Shown: positions 10,129-19,765 of the stretch, one piece after another | Position numbering within the stretch: position 1 is the first letter of the stretch | Layout: every line of letters begins with the position of its first letter | NCBI GenBank assembly: GCA_965197895.1 | Contig: OZ240232.1 | Location: 228,211 to 292,210, forward strand | DNA: 64,000 bases | Source: Candidatus Versatilivoraceae bacterium | Lineage (GTDB): Bacteria; Acidobacteriota; Terriglobia; Versatilivoradales; Versatilivoraceae | Direction of reading: 5' to 3' | Made by a program: the position numbers and the translations under genes | The notes under the pieces: model-generated | The model's database searches: none | Seen by the model: only the letters and a program-made list of their open reading frames with translations | What the model was told of the DNA's origin: nothing

Positions 10129-10323
10129 TGGCGCACGCTCTTGACCACCGCAATGCTTCTCTCTCAGAGAGCGGAGCCCTCTCTGCTGTGGTCGGGGCCT
10201 TGCCTGGAAAGCCTTGTTGGAAGCGGTTTGGCACGGATTCCTGGCGTCGGCTGAGACAGCCGTGGTGGGGTGGCGGCTGGCGTGTTCCCGCCTCGCCCGG
10301 CGCACCGCACGAGACGGGTGATG

Positions 10324-10459
10324 GTGGAGGGAGCGACCCCCCGATTTTTGCCGCTGGTGCGGCACCGGGGAGGGGTAAAGGGTGACAGGCAAAACGACAC
10401 CTTTACCCTCCCCTTAAAGGGGGGTCGCTCCCTCCACAGTGATCCCTGCGGGAAGGCTG
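10324..10459 (+). repeat. palindromic module copy 1: 17-bp perfect inverted arms GGAGGGAGCGACCCCCC / GGGGGGTCGCTCCCTCC around a nested hairpin, with tail ACAGTGATCCCTGCGGGAAGGCTG
   Basis: Arms at 10326-10342 and 10419-10435. Other copies at 41208-41342 (inverted) and 47711-47846 (different centre). Confidence 0.75.
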
Positions 10460-10619
10460 ACGAGCCGATGAGGAGGTCAGGGCCGCCGCATCGACCACAG
10501 GCGGTGCGCTGCGCGGACCGACTGGAAGGAATTCAGTGGGGCAGTGTGGCGGGTGACCAGGGTGTCGAAGAAATGCCTGAGGGCAGCCAGGCTTGGTTGT
10601 TGGTTGCGTTTGGACATCG

Positions 10620-11108
10620 TCATGGACAAGATCCTTTATTGTCCTGAGGATACCAATCGCGAATTTGTGCGTTATTTGTTACACGCATTTTCTGGAAGCA
10701 CTCCATCGCACGCGTGAGATTTTGGGTTAGCGAATAGTAGTTGTCGATTGCGCGTTCCAGCATGTCCTTCGCCTCCTCATTTGCATCAAATTCGACAGTC
10801 TTCGAATCGCCAGGAGACCAGTGCTTTAGCTTATTCCTTGCGTAGTTTGCTCGTTTGGCAACGTCCCTTTCACTGAGTTCCCCGTCATAAAGCTGCTTGT
10901 GGATTTCAGGGACATCTTTCTTGAGAGAGTCCAAAGAATTCTCAGACTTCTCAAGTTTGTTTTCCTTTAGAAGTTTCCCAAAGATCTCCTCTGAAGCGCC
11001 CGCCAATGTGATCACGGAATAGTAATCCTCTTGTTCGAAGTACAGGCGAAGGGCGGTTTCAAGTTGCCTAAGCGCCATACACTGCGGGTCATGAGCCATG
11101 AGGGTCAT
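10620..11108 (-). CDS. small alpha-helical protein with Rx4H (HEPN-like) motif
   Basis: Start at ATG 11108 (AAGGAG SD 6 nt upstream) gives MTLMAHDPQC..., 162 aa. Contains ...AKRANYARNKLKHW. Local GC is markedly lower than in flanking genes. Confidence 0.5.
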   Translation of the reverse strand: MTLMAHDPQCMALRQLETALRLYFEQEDYYSVITLAGASEEIFGKLLKENKLEKSENSLDSLKKDVPEIHKQLYDGELSERDVAKRANYARNKLKHWSPGDSKTVEFDANEEAKDMLERAIDNYYSLTQNLTRAMECFQKMRVTNNAQIRDWYPQDNKGSCP

Positions 11109-11205
11109 TACATCTCCTTCTATCCTGTGTTGCGTCGAGCGCCTTACGGGAATACTGTTCCCGGGGCCGCTTGAATGTACTTCATACTCATCCATCGCCC
11201 GCGTT

Positions 11206-13779
11206 TTATTTTACCGCTGCTAGGCGCCCTGCGATGTCCGCTAGCGCCAGAGATCGGTAATACGCGTTCTTGATATGCATGGCAATTGTCATCGCGTGCT
11301 TGAAGTCTCCTTCTTCCGCCTGCATCACGGCGATGTCCACCAAGGCACTGCTACCAAACCCGGCCTCTTCGACGCTGTGGGCATTTCGCACAGCAGCGGC
11401 TATGTCTCCAAATTTCGCCTGCTCTGTGATGAACTCCTCAATGTTGTTAGACACGCTGGCTCTGTCACCAAGTTCGTCGATTGCGCGGGCATGAGCAGCC
11501 TTGAGGGCGGAGGCGAATGTCTGGTTGGCTTGCGGCGCATGCCCTGCTTCCATTTGTGCGGTGGCGATCTCGCACAAGCTTTCGACGCGGGAATTGGCAG
11601 CGCCAATGCCACGGGCGGCTCGGAAGGCGGCCCCAAATGTTTGCATGGCTGCTGGACCATCCCCCGTTTTTGCCTGCACAGTGGCGATCTCGCGTAACGT
11701 CTCCGCGCAATGGACTCTGAACCAACCGGGACATAAGGCAGCCTGAGCGGTGGCGATCTGTAGTGCTTTCCAACTGTCTGGAGATGATGGATCCCACTGC
11801 CCTAAAATAGCCTCCAATTGTTCTGGAGTGGTGTCCTTCGGCGCTTCAGCTGTGAATTTCTTACTGCTTTTCTCGTGTGTGACTTCATATTTGCTCATCG
11901 GAATGCCGATGGGCTGAGCAAGCTCAAGAGCAGCGGCGATGTCTCCCGCTTTCGCCTGGGCCACAGCGATGTCCATCAAGGCCCAGCTACGGTCCCAAGC
12001 GTCATCAATGTCATAAGCGGCCTTTAGGGCAGTGGCGAGCATTGACTTGGCTGCTTGCTTGTCCCCGACTTCCCTCTGTGCATCGGCGATCTCGCACAAC
12101 GCTCGTACTCGATTTTCGGGCTGGCCTATTTCGTGGGCAATCTTGAGGGCCGTGGCGAATGTATGCCCAGATGCGAGTCTGTCTCCCAATTCCGCCTGCT
12201 TCTTGGCGATATCATCAAGCACCGTGGCCCGTTTTTGGGCAGACTCGATGGTGTGAGCAGCCTCTATGAAAAGAGCAATGTCATCTGTTGTTTTCGTGTG
12301 CTCAGCGACGAGTTGGTGAAGCATCTCAGGCCGAGAGGGGAAAAAGCCATAGTCGGAAAGATTGCGGGTAGTTGAGAGGGCAGCAGCTATATCTCCTGCC
12401 TCCGCTTGAATAGTAGCCATTTTCTCCAAGTAAGAGTCCCGACCCCAAGACGCGCTAGCTTCGATATCGTGAGCCTTCTCCAAGGCGAGAGCGGAATCAG
12501 CTGTTTGTCTGGCTGCTCGCAAATCTCGTGCTTCTGCCTGCCTTTCGGCAATCCCGTACAATGCGCCGACGCGTTTTTCAACATCGTCGATATCGCGAGC
12601 GGTCCGGAGCCCGCCGGCGATATCGCCTGCTTCTGCTTGCTCTATGGCGATATTGCTCAAGGTATAAGCGTGAGACCCTGCTCCGTCGATAGCAGCGGCA
12701 ATTGTTTGTCTGGCTGCTTGCAAATCTCCTGCTTCTACCTGCACCTTGGCAATCAATCGCAATGCCCCGACGCGCGTTAAGACATTGTGGATACCGTAAG
12801 CAGTCTGGAGGCCGCCAGCGATATCCCCTGCTTTGGCCTGGGCGGTGGCGATTCCGTGCAGGATTTCAGCGCGGACAGCGCGGAGTGTCCCGCCAATACT
12901 GCTGGCGGCCTTGATGGCGGCGGCGAATGATTGTTTGGCTACACTCAAGTCACCTGCTTCCGCTTGCGCTGTACCGATTTTCCGAAACACGACGGCGCGA
13001 GAAAGACTGTCGTTGATGCTGTTTACCCCATGCAATACAAGGCCTATAACGCACTCGTAGTTCGGGTTCTTCGGGCACTCATTGCGTCGCGTTGCTTCCA
13101 TGAGCTGTGATCGACCCTGGACCCGCAGTTCTTCGATCCACTCCGCCGGCAAGGCAAAGTTCAAACTCTCACCCCGCCACTTGAAGGTTGTGATTCCCAC
13201 CAGTTCGCCGGATTGATTGAAGAGCCCGCCGCCCGATGAACCCGGAGAGATGGCCGCATCCGTCTGCACCAGGGGCGCGGACCGCTTGCCGAAAGCGCCG
13301 CGCAGTTGCGATACGACCCCACGCGACAGCGACAGTTCCAGTCCCGCCGGAGCGCCCACCGCGTACACTTCCTCGCCTACCGACAACACCTTGGCTGCAC
13401 CCAGTCGGACTGCCTGAGCTGCCGGAGGCTCGGGCAACTGGTCCACGAACAGGAGACACAGATCGCGCTCGTCATTTCGCGCCAGCAAGTACGCGGGCAT
13501 CCGGTAGGTTTCTCGACCGGACCAATCAGCTGCCTGGCGCACCGCGACATCGGCCGCCTTACGAAGCACATGGCAATTGGTGACCACTTCGTAATCTCCC
13601 ACGACCACGCCGCTGCCTTGGCCTGTCGTCTTGCCTTGCTCATCCAACGCCAACACGACAACCACCGAGGGAGCTACTTTGGTAAAGACATCCTTGGCAG
13701 AGGCTCCCCAAGCACTAGCTGGCAAGGTCAGAACCGCCCACGCAATGACGGCGGCGCGGAGAATGAGCGTCACTTTCAT
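11206..13779 (-). CDS. secreted trypsin-like (S1/Trypsin_2) serine protease fused to ~13 HEAT/PBS-lyase-like repeats
   Basis: Signal peptide MKVTLILRAAVIAWAVLTLPASAWG. Catalytic His in VVTNCHVL, Asp in ERDLCLL and Ser in AISPGSSGGGLF. Followed by ~650 aa of degenerate repeats centred on I-A-x-A-Q-A-E-A-G-D-I-A. The internal DNA repeats generate many spurious opposite-strand ORFs. Confidence 0.75.
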   Translation of the reverse strand: MKVTLILRAAVIAWAVLTLPASAWGASAKDVFTKVAPSVVVVLALDEQGKTTGQGSGVVVGDYEVVTNCHVLRKAADVAVRQAADWSGRETYRMPAYLLARNDERDLCLLFVDQLPEPPAAQAVRLGAAKVLSVGEEVYAVGAPAGLELSLSRGVVSQLRGAFGKRSAPLVQTDAAISPGSSGGGLFNQSGELVGITTFKWRGESLNFALPAEWIEELRVQGRSQLMEATRRNECPKNPNYECVIGLVLHGVNSINDSLSRAVVFRKIGTAQAEAGDLSVAKQSFAAAIKAASSIGGTLRAVRAEILHGIATAQAKAGDIAGGLQTAYGIHNVLTRVGALRLIAKVQVEAGDLQAARQTIAAAIDGAGSHAYTLSNIAIEQAEAGDIAGGLRTARDIDDVEKRVGALYGIAERQAEARDLRAARQTADSALALEKAHDIEASASWGRDSYLEKMATIQAEAGDIAAALSTTRNLSDYGFFPSRPEMLHQLVAEHTKTTDDIALFIEAAHTIESAQKRATVLDDIAKKQAELGDRLASGHTFATALKIAHEIGQPENRVRALCEIADAQREVGDKQAAKSMLATALKAAYDIDDAWDRSWALMDIAVAQAKAGDIAAALELAQPIGIPMSKYEVTHEKSSKKFTAEAPKDTTPEQLEAILGQWDPSSPDSWKALQIATAQAALCPGWFRVHCAETLREIATVQAKTGDGPAAMQTFGAAFRAARGIGAANSRVESLCEIATAQMEAGHAPQANQTFASALKAAHARAIDELGDRASVSNNIEEFITEQAKFGDIAAAVRNAHSVEEAGFGSSALVDIAVMQAEEGDFKHAMTIAMHIKNAYYRSLALADIAGRLAAVK

Positions 13780-13787
13780 GGGATCGA

Positions 13788-14069
13788 TTATACCCTTCCG
13801 CGTCTCAGGAAGGGTTCGGTTTGCTGCGTTCGATTGGTGTAAAGGCCCGCCCTGTGACTTTCCCCCGAATTTAGGTCCGACTCCAGGCCGCGATACTGCT
13901 TCTTCCAGCGGTAGAAGGTCGGCTCCGCAATGCTTAACTTTCGGGCAAGGTCGGTCGCCGAAACCGCCAGATCGTGTTGCTTCACTGCTGCAACGATCTG
14001 CTCAACCGAGAATCGCTGACGCTTCATCTGACACCCTCCTTCCTTTCTTGGGAGTTTGTCAGAATTCAC
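13788..14069 (-). pseudogene. IS3-family OrfA (HTH) remnant
   Basis: MKRQRFSVEQIVAAVKQHDLAVSATDLARKLSIAEPTFYRWKKQY matches the IS3/IS911 OrfA N-terminus. It breaks off after ~55 aa and no OrfB follows. Confidence 0.6.
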
Positions 14070-14103
14070 TTTCTCAGTGGATCAGCTGTTGGGGAGACCC
14101 TCA

Positions 14104-14275
14104 ATTGATACTCGGCTGACCAGTCCGCTAACGTCCCTGAGGGTCCCGTGGATTCCTTTTTGAAAAAAGGGATATAATGAGGAAACTGTAGCGGGCTGAT
14201 CCGCGTTAAGTCTATTATAATTAATGGTTTATATTTGAGAGATTGCAGGCTGTGCAGGCGCGGGCTCGTTGTGAG
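14104..14275 (+). repeat. P1 repeat copy (TTGATACTCGGCT...GGGATATAATGAGG...GCAGGCTGTGCAG)
   Basis: Homologous to 16506-16804 and 48001-48165. Confidence 0.7.
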
Positions 14276-15005
14276 ATCTGGATAGGCGATCGATGTGTAA
14301 GGCTAAAGCTTTCCTCAGTGATCGAGAAGACCAGAAGGCGAGACCAATGGTGCAGACCGCCAAACCTGCATACATTACGGGTTGATGGTGACCGGCCAGC
14401 AGACTGAGCGCCAGGCACAAACCCGCCAGATTGGCATGGAGAATCCGGCGGCTGGGTTTTATGGTTTGCAAGGACTTGGCATAGAACAGGAAGACTGCCG
14501 GTACCCACACCGAGGCGTAGAAGAGGCTGGCCGCACTAACCACCCGCATGCCGATGGAGCCTGAATAGGCGAAGATCACGGCGGCCACACAGGAGCTGAA
14601 GGGACGAAGACCCAGGTGCCGTCCGAGCAGGTAAAATAAAAAGGAGGCAATGATGCAATGAAGGATGAGGAATCCTTCAATCACGGAAACAGGGATGAGC
14701 CCATTGGGGTTGAGGGGAACCAGTCCCAGGAGAAGATTAGGAGGGTAGAAGATCCCTGGTTGCATTTCGCCGGCAAATGGACGCCCGGCATCGGTGTAAC
14801 TGTCCCAGAATGGAAAGCTTCCCTGGTGTAAAGTACGGGCGATGTACTGAGCCCACGGATAAGTCTGATCGGCGGAGTCTTCATGCGTTAGTATCGAATA
14901 CTCGGCTGTAAAGACCACCTTCCAAAAGATGGCTATGCCAAAGAAAAAAAGGAGTAGGCCATATTTCCAAGTGTTTCTTTTACGGTGCCACGCCACGGGA
15001 ATCAA
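14229..15005 (-). pseudogene. YfhO-like polytopic membrane protein, 3'-truncated by IS3-remnant/P1 insertion
   Basis: N-terminal ~250 aa (DQTYPWAQYIARTLHQGSFPFWDSYTDAGRPFAGEMQPGIFYPPNLLLG...) match the YfhO family, which is normally >700 aa. The last 8 codons and the stop are supplied by the P1 repeat. Confidence 0.6.
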
Positions 15006-15364
15006 CTCTTGTCAGGAGAAATGACAACGGTAAGGCAAAAACGATAAGGAGGGAAAAGAACGCTGGTGCTTCAGATCGGAGAAGCCCTCCGCTTTAGATA
15101 ACTTGGTATTGCGATTTCTTGTAAGTTCCCCCTCTGTTCCCCCACGACGGGGTGGATCATTATATTCTAAGGTAAGTCTAGGCCCGTGCAAGCCATCATT
15201 ACAAATAAGGCTTGCCCTGAAGCTCTCTCCTGGGCAACGCTTGACCGGTACCGTCATCTCGGACCGGAACCGGTCGTAGAGGTTTGTTGAACAGCCACTA
15301 AAATCTTAAAGCTTCATCCCGCTTGACCAATATCGCCGGCGGCACAAGATACAAAGGAATTCCG

Positions 15365-16327
15365 ATGGCTTGCAGAACAACCAGTGTGTTCGAGAAGGAG
15401 ATGCGGTCTCTGGGATGGTGGTATCAACATTTCGAATTTCCCAATGGAGTCAAGACCGGAACCGGAGCCCCTCCAGGATACGACGCCCGAAGCCGATGGT
15501 CATTTATTGAGGCATTTGTTCCAGACGACCTGACGGGGAAGACCGTCCTGGATCTAGGGGGCAATGCTGGTTTCTTTTCAATTCAGATGAAGCTCAGGGG
15601 GGCTCAAAGATGCGTGCTGGTGGATCCGTTTGAGATCGCAATCAAACAGGCTGGGTTTGCGGCCAGGCAATTCGGCGTCAGCCTGGAACTGGTCATGGAG
15701 GACGCACATACCTTTTGTCTGACGACAGAAGAGCGATTCGATTTCGTGCTCTTTCTGGGCTTGTTTTACCACCTCAAATATCCGGGCATCGTGCTGGACA
15801 GGCTGGCTGAAATCACGCGAGAGCGAATCTACATTCACTCACACGTCATCGGTCACAAGAGAGAACCTTTTATCAGCAAACCGGACTACAAGAGGAAAAG
15901 TGACGACCACTTGCTGGAACACCCCGGTTTCCCAAGGCTGGCGTTTGTGGAAGCGCAATACAACGAAGATTCTACGAACTGGTGGATACCCAACCGGACT
16001 GGAATGGAGGCCATGGTAAGAAGCGCGGGCTTGCGCATCATTGACCGGCCTCACCGCCAAATAATCGTCGCAGTTCCCGAAATTTATTTCGGGAAGCAGA
16101 TATTTTCGAAGCTGGTGTTCCCGAGGTATGGCAAGAAAGGAGGTGCGGTCCTTCCTGGCTCACAGCGGTATGACCCTGAAGCGTGGATAGAAATATCCGA
16201 GGCCATTGCCGAAAGGCCGGTGGAGAAAACGAACTTTATCGTACGGACGGGGTGGAAATGGATTAACCGATTGCGGTCCCTGTACCTGAAGATTCGCAGT
16301 CGTCTGGTGAGCAAGCTGAGGCAATAA
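15365..16327 (+). CDS. class I SAM-dependent methyltransferase (DUF1698/CmoB-like)
   Basis: Motif I VLDLGGNAGFFSI, then acidic LVDP and DFVLFLGLFYHL. ATG at 15365 has an AAAGGA SD; the track start at 15323 is TTG. Confidence 0.8.
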   Translation: MACRTTSVFEKEMRSLGWWYQHFEFPNGVKTGTGAPPGYDARSRWSFIEAFVPDDLTGKTVLDLGGNAGFFSIQMKLRGAQRCVLVDPFEIAIKQAGFAARQFGVSLELVMEDAHTFCLTTEERFDFVLFLGLFYHLKYPGIVLDRLAEITRERIYIHSHVIGHKREPFISKPDYKRKSDDHLLEHPGFPRLAFVEAQYNEDSTNWWIPNRTGMEAMVRSAGLRIIDRPHRQIIVAVPEIYFGKQIFSKLVFPRYGKKGGAVLPGSQRYDPEAWIEISEAIAERPVEKTNFIVRTGWKWINRLRSLYLKIRSRLVSKLRQ

Positions 16328-16505
16328 TGTTCAAGAACCGCACTGATCCATCCTCCTACTTCCTTTACGTCAAATCCTGACCTGCTACCCTAGGACGTGC
16401 GGCTCGAGGCCGTGTAGTACCTGGTCGGCCACGCCAACCCCATTTCCACCCAGATCTATCACCGGCCCACGATTTGCTCGACGGACTTGGACTCCCGGAC
16501 TCACG

Positions 16506-16804
16506 ATTGATATTCGGCTGACCTGTCCCTCAGTAACTGTTCGGTCAAGCCGTGATGGCTTGGACCCGGACGAGGTTGGAGGTGCCTGCAATCACAGGCG
16601 ATCCGTCGGTTCTGCTCGCTGCGCCTCCCCGGGACGGCGGATGGTCTCCACGGCTTGGCCGAACGGTTACGTCCGCCAACGTCCTGGAGGGTCCAATGGA
16701 TTCCTTTTCGAAAAGAGGGATATAATGAGGGAACTTCAGTCGGATAAACCATATTAAGTCTATTATAATTAGAGGTTTACAAACTATAGGTTGCAGGCTG
16801 TGCA
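16506..16804 (+). repeat. P1 repeat copy carrying a ~130-bp internal insertion
   Basis: Shares both ends with the other P1 copies; the extra segment lies at 16520-16690. Confidence 0.6.
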
Positions 16805-17885
16805 GCAGCTTCTCGTCCTGTTTATCCTGTCTATCCTGTCTATCGATGTTCCCTAATGCAACAAACCGGTTTAACGGGACATGTCCCTACTCCGGAAAGG
16901 TCATGAAGGTCCGTTGTTTCACTCTCGAATGATCCGCCCCGTCGTGGGGGCGGGGGCCGGCTTGCCTGAAACAACATCTGGGTTCGGCTGAAGGAAAACC
17001 GGTTGAGGGGTTATCCAGGAAGGACACGAAGTTACACCCTACAATTCCCGGCGTTTGGTATCGGCCTCGAGCATGAAAAGACTAATTGACATCGATGGAC
17101 AGGATAAACAGGATTATTTGGCGAGAGGTTTCAGCCTCTTGAGTTCGACCATCGCCTTTTCTTCAACAAGGATTCCAAAAACCCGCTCCCAAGCTCATGG
17201 ACCCCTTCAAACGTGCACCCGATTATCGAACCAGTCAGCTTCCCGTGCAGCAGCTTCTCGTCCTGTCTATCCTGTCTATCCTGTCTATCGATGTTCCCTA
17301 ATGCAACAAACCGGTTTAACGGGACATGTCCCTACTCCGGAAAGGTCATGAAGGCCGGTTGTTTCACTCTCGAATGATCCGCCCCGTCCTGGGGGGCGGG
17401 GGCTATACTTGCCTGAAACAAACCTGGGTTCGGGTGAAGGAAAACCGGTTCAACAGATTGAAAGAAAGGGGGTTGGAGAGGAATTGACAACTTCTGGGAG
17501 TTATCCAGGAAGGACACGAAGTTACACCCTACAATTTCCGGCGTTTGGTATCGGCGTCGAGCATGAAAAGACTAATTGACATCGATGGACAGGATAAACA
17601 GGATTATTTGGCGAGAGGTTTCAGCCTCTTGAGTTCGACCATCGCCTTTTCTTCAACAAGGATTCCAAAAACCCGCTCCCAAGCTCATGGACCCCTTCAA
17701 ACGTGCACCCGATTATCGAGCCAGTCAGCTTCCTGTGCAGCAGCTTCTCGTCCTGTCTATCCTGTCTATCGATGTTCCCTAATGCAGCAAACCGGTTTAA
17801 CGGGACATGGTCCCTGCTCCCGAAAGGCCATAAGGGTCCGTTGTTTCACCCTCGAATGATCCACCCCGTCGTGGGGGCGGGGGCC
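16805..17885 (+). repeat. tandem array (~2.3 units) of the ~490-bp repeat
   Basis: The units beginning at about 16805 and 17230 are >90% identical, and a third partial unit begins at about 17725 and ends at 17885. Each unit holds a ~340-bp segment bounded by 23-bp inverted repeats ATCCTGTCTATCCTGTCTATCGAT / ATCGATGGACAGGATAAACAGGAT. Confidence 0.8.
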
Positions 17886-18341
17886 GAACCTGTCTGAGAT
17901 CACCCGCCAGGAATCATTGCTGCCGCCGCCTACGCGGCTCCCCTTGACCCCCCGGGCTGGCGCCCGGAGGATGATCATTAAAAAATCCTGTCCCCCGGCA
18001 GCGTTGTTATTTTTGGGAGAGCGGCGCAGCCGCGGCAGCACTTCGCCCTCGTGATGTTTGAGGGAGACTTTGGCCGCGCGTTCAGACCGCTTGCGGTTAA
18101 GGGGGAGGCCAGCAGCCATGCCGTCTGCCCGCAGTCGCACCGCCAAACCAGCGACGGGAAGATAGGCATGAAGACTCTTCATATCTGATAACGAATACTG
18201 ATACAGATACAGATATCCATGCTATCCCGCTGCCAGTAGGCCCTACGCGCCTCGCCTCACGAAGTTGTCGTACACCCGGGATCGGGCTTGCCTTTGGCTG
18301 GTGGTTGCCTGTAGCCTGGATCATGCGGGTTAGGAGAAAAG

Positions 18342-19208
18342 ATGCTGAGTCCAAAGCAGGTCCATCAATATCACAGCGACGGCTACACGGTCTGTGAGCG
18401 GTTTTTGGCGGCCTTGGAGGTCGACCGGTTCCGACACCGGATTGAGGAGATCTGCTCAGGGAATACCTTGGCCCGCCACGACCGGACCAGGATGGAATTG
18501 GAGCCCAACCAACCCCCTGAGGGGACTCGGGTGAGGCGGATCTACCAGCCTTGCGACGACGTTCCGGAATTCCGTCGCTTTTCGGAATCCGCCAAGCTGC
18601 TGGATTGTGTGGAACAGCTTCTGGGACCGGACCTGCTGCTCCAGTACAGCAAAATCAACATGAAGCCTGCGAAGGTGGGTTCAGTCGTCGAATGGCATCA
18701 GGACCTGGCCTACTATCCTCTGACCAATCGGGACTCTCTGGCGGTTTTGTTCTATCTGGACGACGCCGGCAGACGGAACGGTTGCCTCCGGATTATTCCG
18801 GGCCACCACACCGGATCGTTAATGAATCACACCCGCGACGGTCTGTTCCAGGGACGCGTCACCGAGGCAGTGGATAGCTCAGGAGCAGTGTTTGTCGAGG
18901 GAATAGCCGGAACGGCGATCTTCATGCACTGCATGGCTCCTCATGCTTCGGCTCCCAATACCTCCTCCCAGCCGCGCCGGACTCTGATCCTCAGCTACCG
19001 GGCGGCGGATGCCTTCCGCATTTACGATGGCGAAACCACCACCAGTGGGGAGGCTGTGGTTCGCTTGGTGCGGGGGCGACGTCGGGATGTCGCTCGCTTT
19101 ACCATGAACGAGTTTCCGATCCCGACCTACCCGGGAAAGTTTATCTCGCTCTACGACCTTCAGGGTAAGGCCCGCCAGTCTGAGGCACAGCAGACGACTT
19201 CCAGGTAA
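18342..19208 (+). CDS. phytanoyl-CoA dioxygenase (PhyH) family Fe(II)/2OG oxygenase
   Basis: Motifs WHQDLAYYP...D and ...GCLRIIPGHH...FMHCMAPHAS, giving the His-x-Asp...His triad. Confidence 0.85.
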   Translation: MLSPKQVHQYHSDGYTVCERFLAALEVDRFRHRIEEICSGNTLARHDRTRMELEPNQPPEGTRVRRIYQPCDDVPEFRRFSESAKLLDCVEQLLGPDLLLQYSKINMKPAKVGSVVEWHQDLAYYPLTNRDSLAVLFYLDDAGRRNGCLRIIPGHHTGSLMNHTRDGLFQGRVTEAVDSSGAVFVEGIAGTAIFMHCMAPHASAPNTSSQPRRTLILSYRAADAFRIYDGETTTSGEAVVRLVRGRRRDVARFTMNEFPIPTYPGKFISLYDLQGKARQSEAQQTTSR

Positions 19209-19282
19209 CCGACTCTCCCGAATCTCAAGACCAAAGACCCCGGCGGCGAAGGCCGGACGTGAGCAACGCAGTAGCCGTAGAC

Positions 19283-19741
19283 CTAGAAGAACGCTTCCAG
19301 GTATCTGAGGGGCTGAGGAGCGAGGAGGAGTTGATCCAGGTGGTATTGCCAGCAGCAGTCGGTGTCGGTGGCGTCGTAGTCAACTCGACAGCATGTGCAG
19401 TGAACCAGAGCGACCCATTGGTGTCGGTCGCTGCCAAAGAAGGCTTCAGCGAAATCCTCGGAAAAGAGGACGTGGCTATAGTGGTTGAAAAGCCAGGTCT
19501 TTCTGTCCAGCAAGGAGGCGTTGATGCGAACCGTTGCCTGCCGCAGGATCACCCCATCAAAGCGGTAGCCCGAATCCCGAATTCCCAGCCATCCGTTGGC
19601 CACCGCCCGGTCGACGGCCTTGATCAGGATCTCGGCCTCGGTCATGACCGGCGGGCCGGGCGAGCGTCTGTTGGGATAGGTCCCTGCAGAGTCACGGTGA
19701 GCCTGTTCAGTTGGAAGCACTCCCCATTCCTCACTCATCAT
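19283..19741 (-). CDS. hypothetical protein
   Basis: More protein-like than the overlapping plus-strand ORF 19259..19759. No recognisable domain. Confidence 0.3.
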   Translation of the reverse strand: MMSEEWGVLPTEQAHRDSAGTYPNRRSPGPPVMTEAEILIKAVDRAVANGWLGIRDSGYRFDGVILRQATVRINASLLDRKTWLFNHYSHVLFSEDFAEAFFGSDRHQWVALVHCTCCRVDYDATDTDCCWQYHLDQLLLAPQPLRYLEAFF

Positions 19742-19765
19742 TCCTCACTCATCACTTAGCAAAGC

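Noticed and set aside
11270-13060. Multiple plus-strand ORFs (74-140 aa) opposite the protease/repeat gene
   Set aside because: Antisense artefacts of the Ala/Gln/Glu-rich repeat region.
14150-14175. GGGATATAATGAG in the P1 repeat as a sigma70 promoter
   Set aside because: It has a perfect -10 hexamer but no acceptable -35 element at 16-18 nt in any of the three copies. It is left unannotated as a promoter.
19725-19755. 15-bp tandem duplication TCCTCACTCATCA-TTCCTCACTCATCA between the hypothetical gene and DUF1501
   Set aside because: Too short and isolated to interpret. Likely replication slippage.
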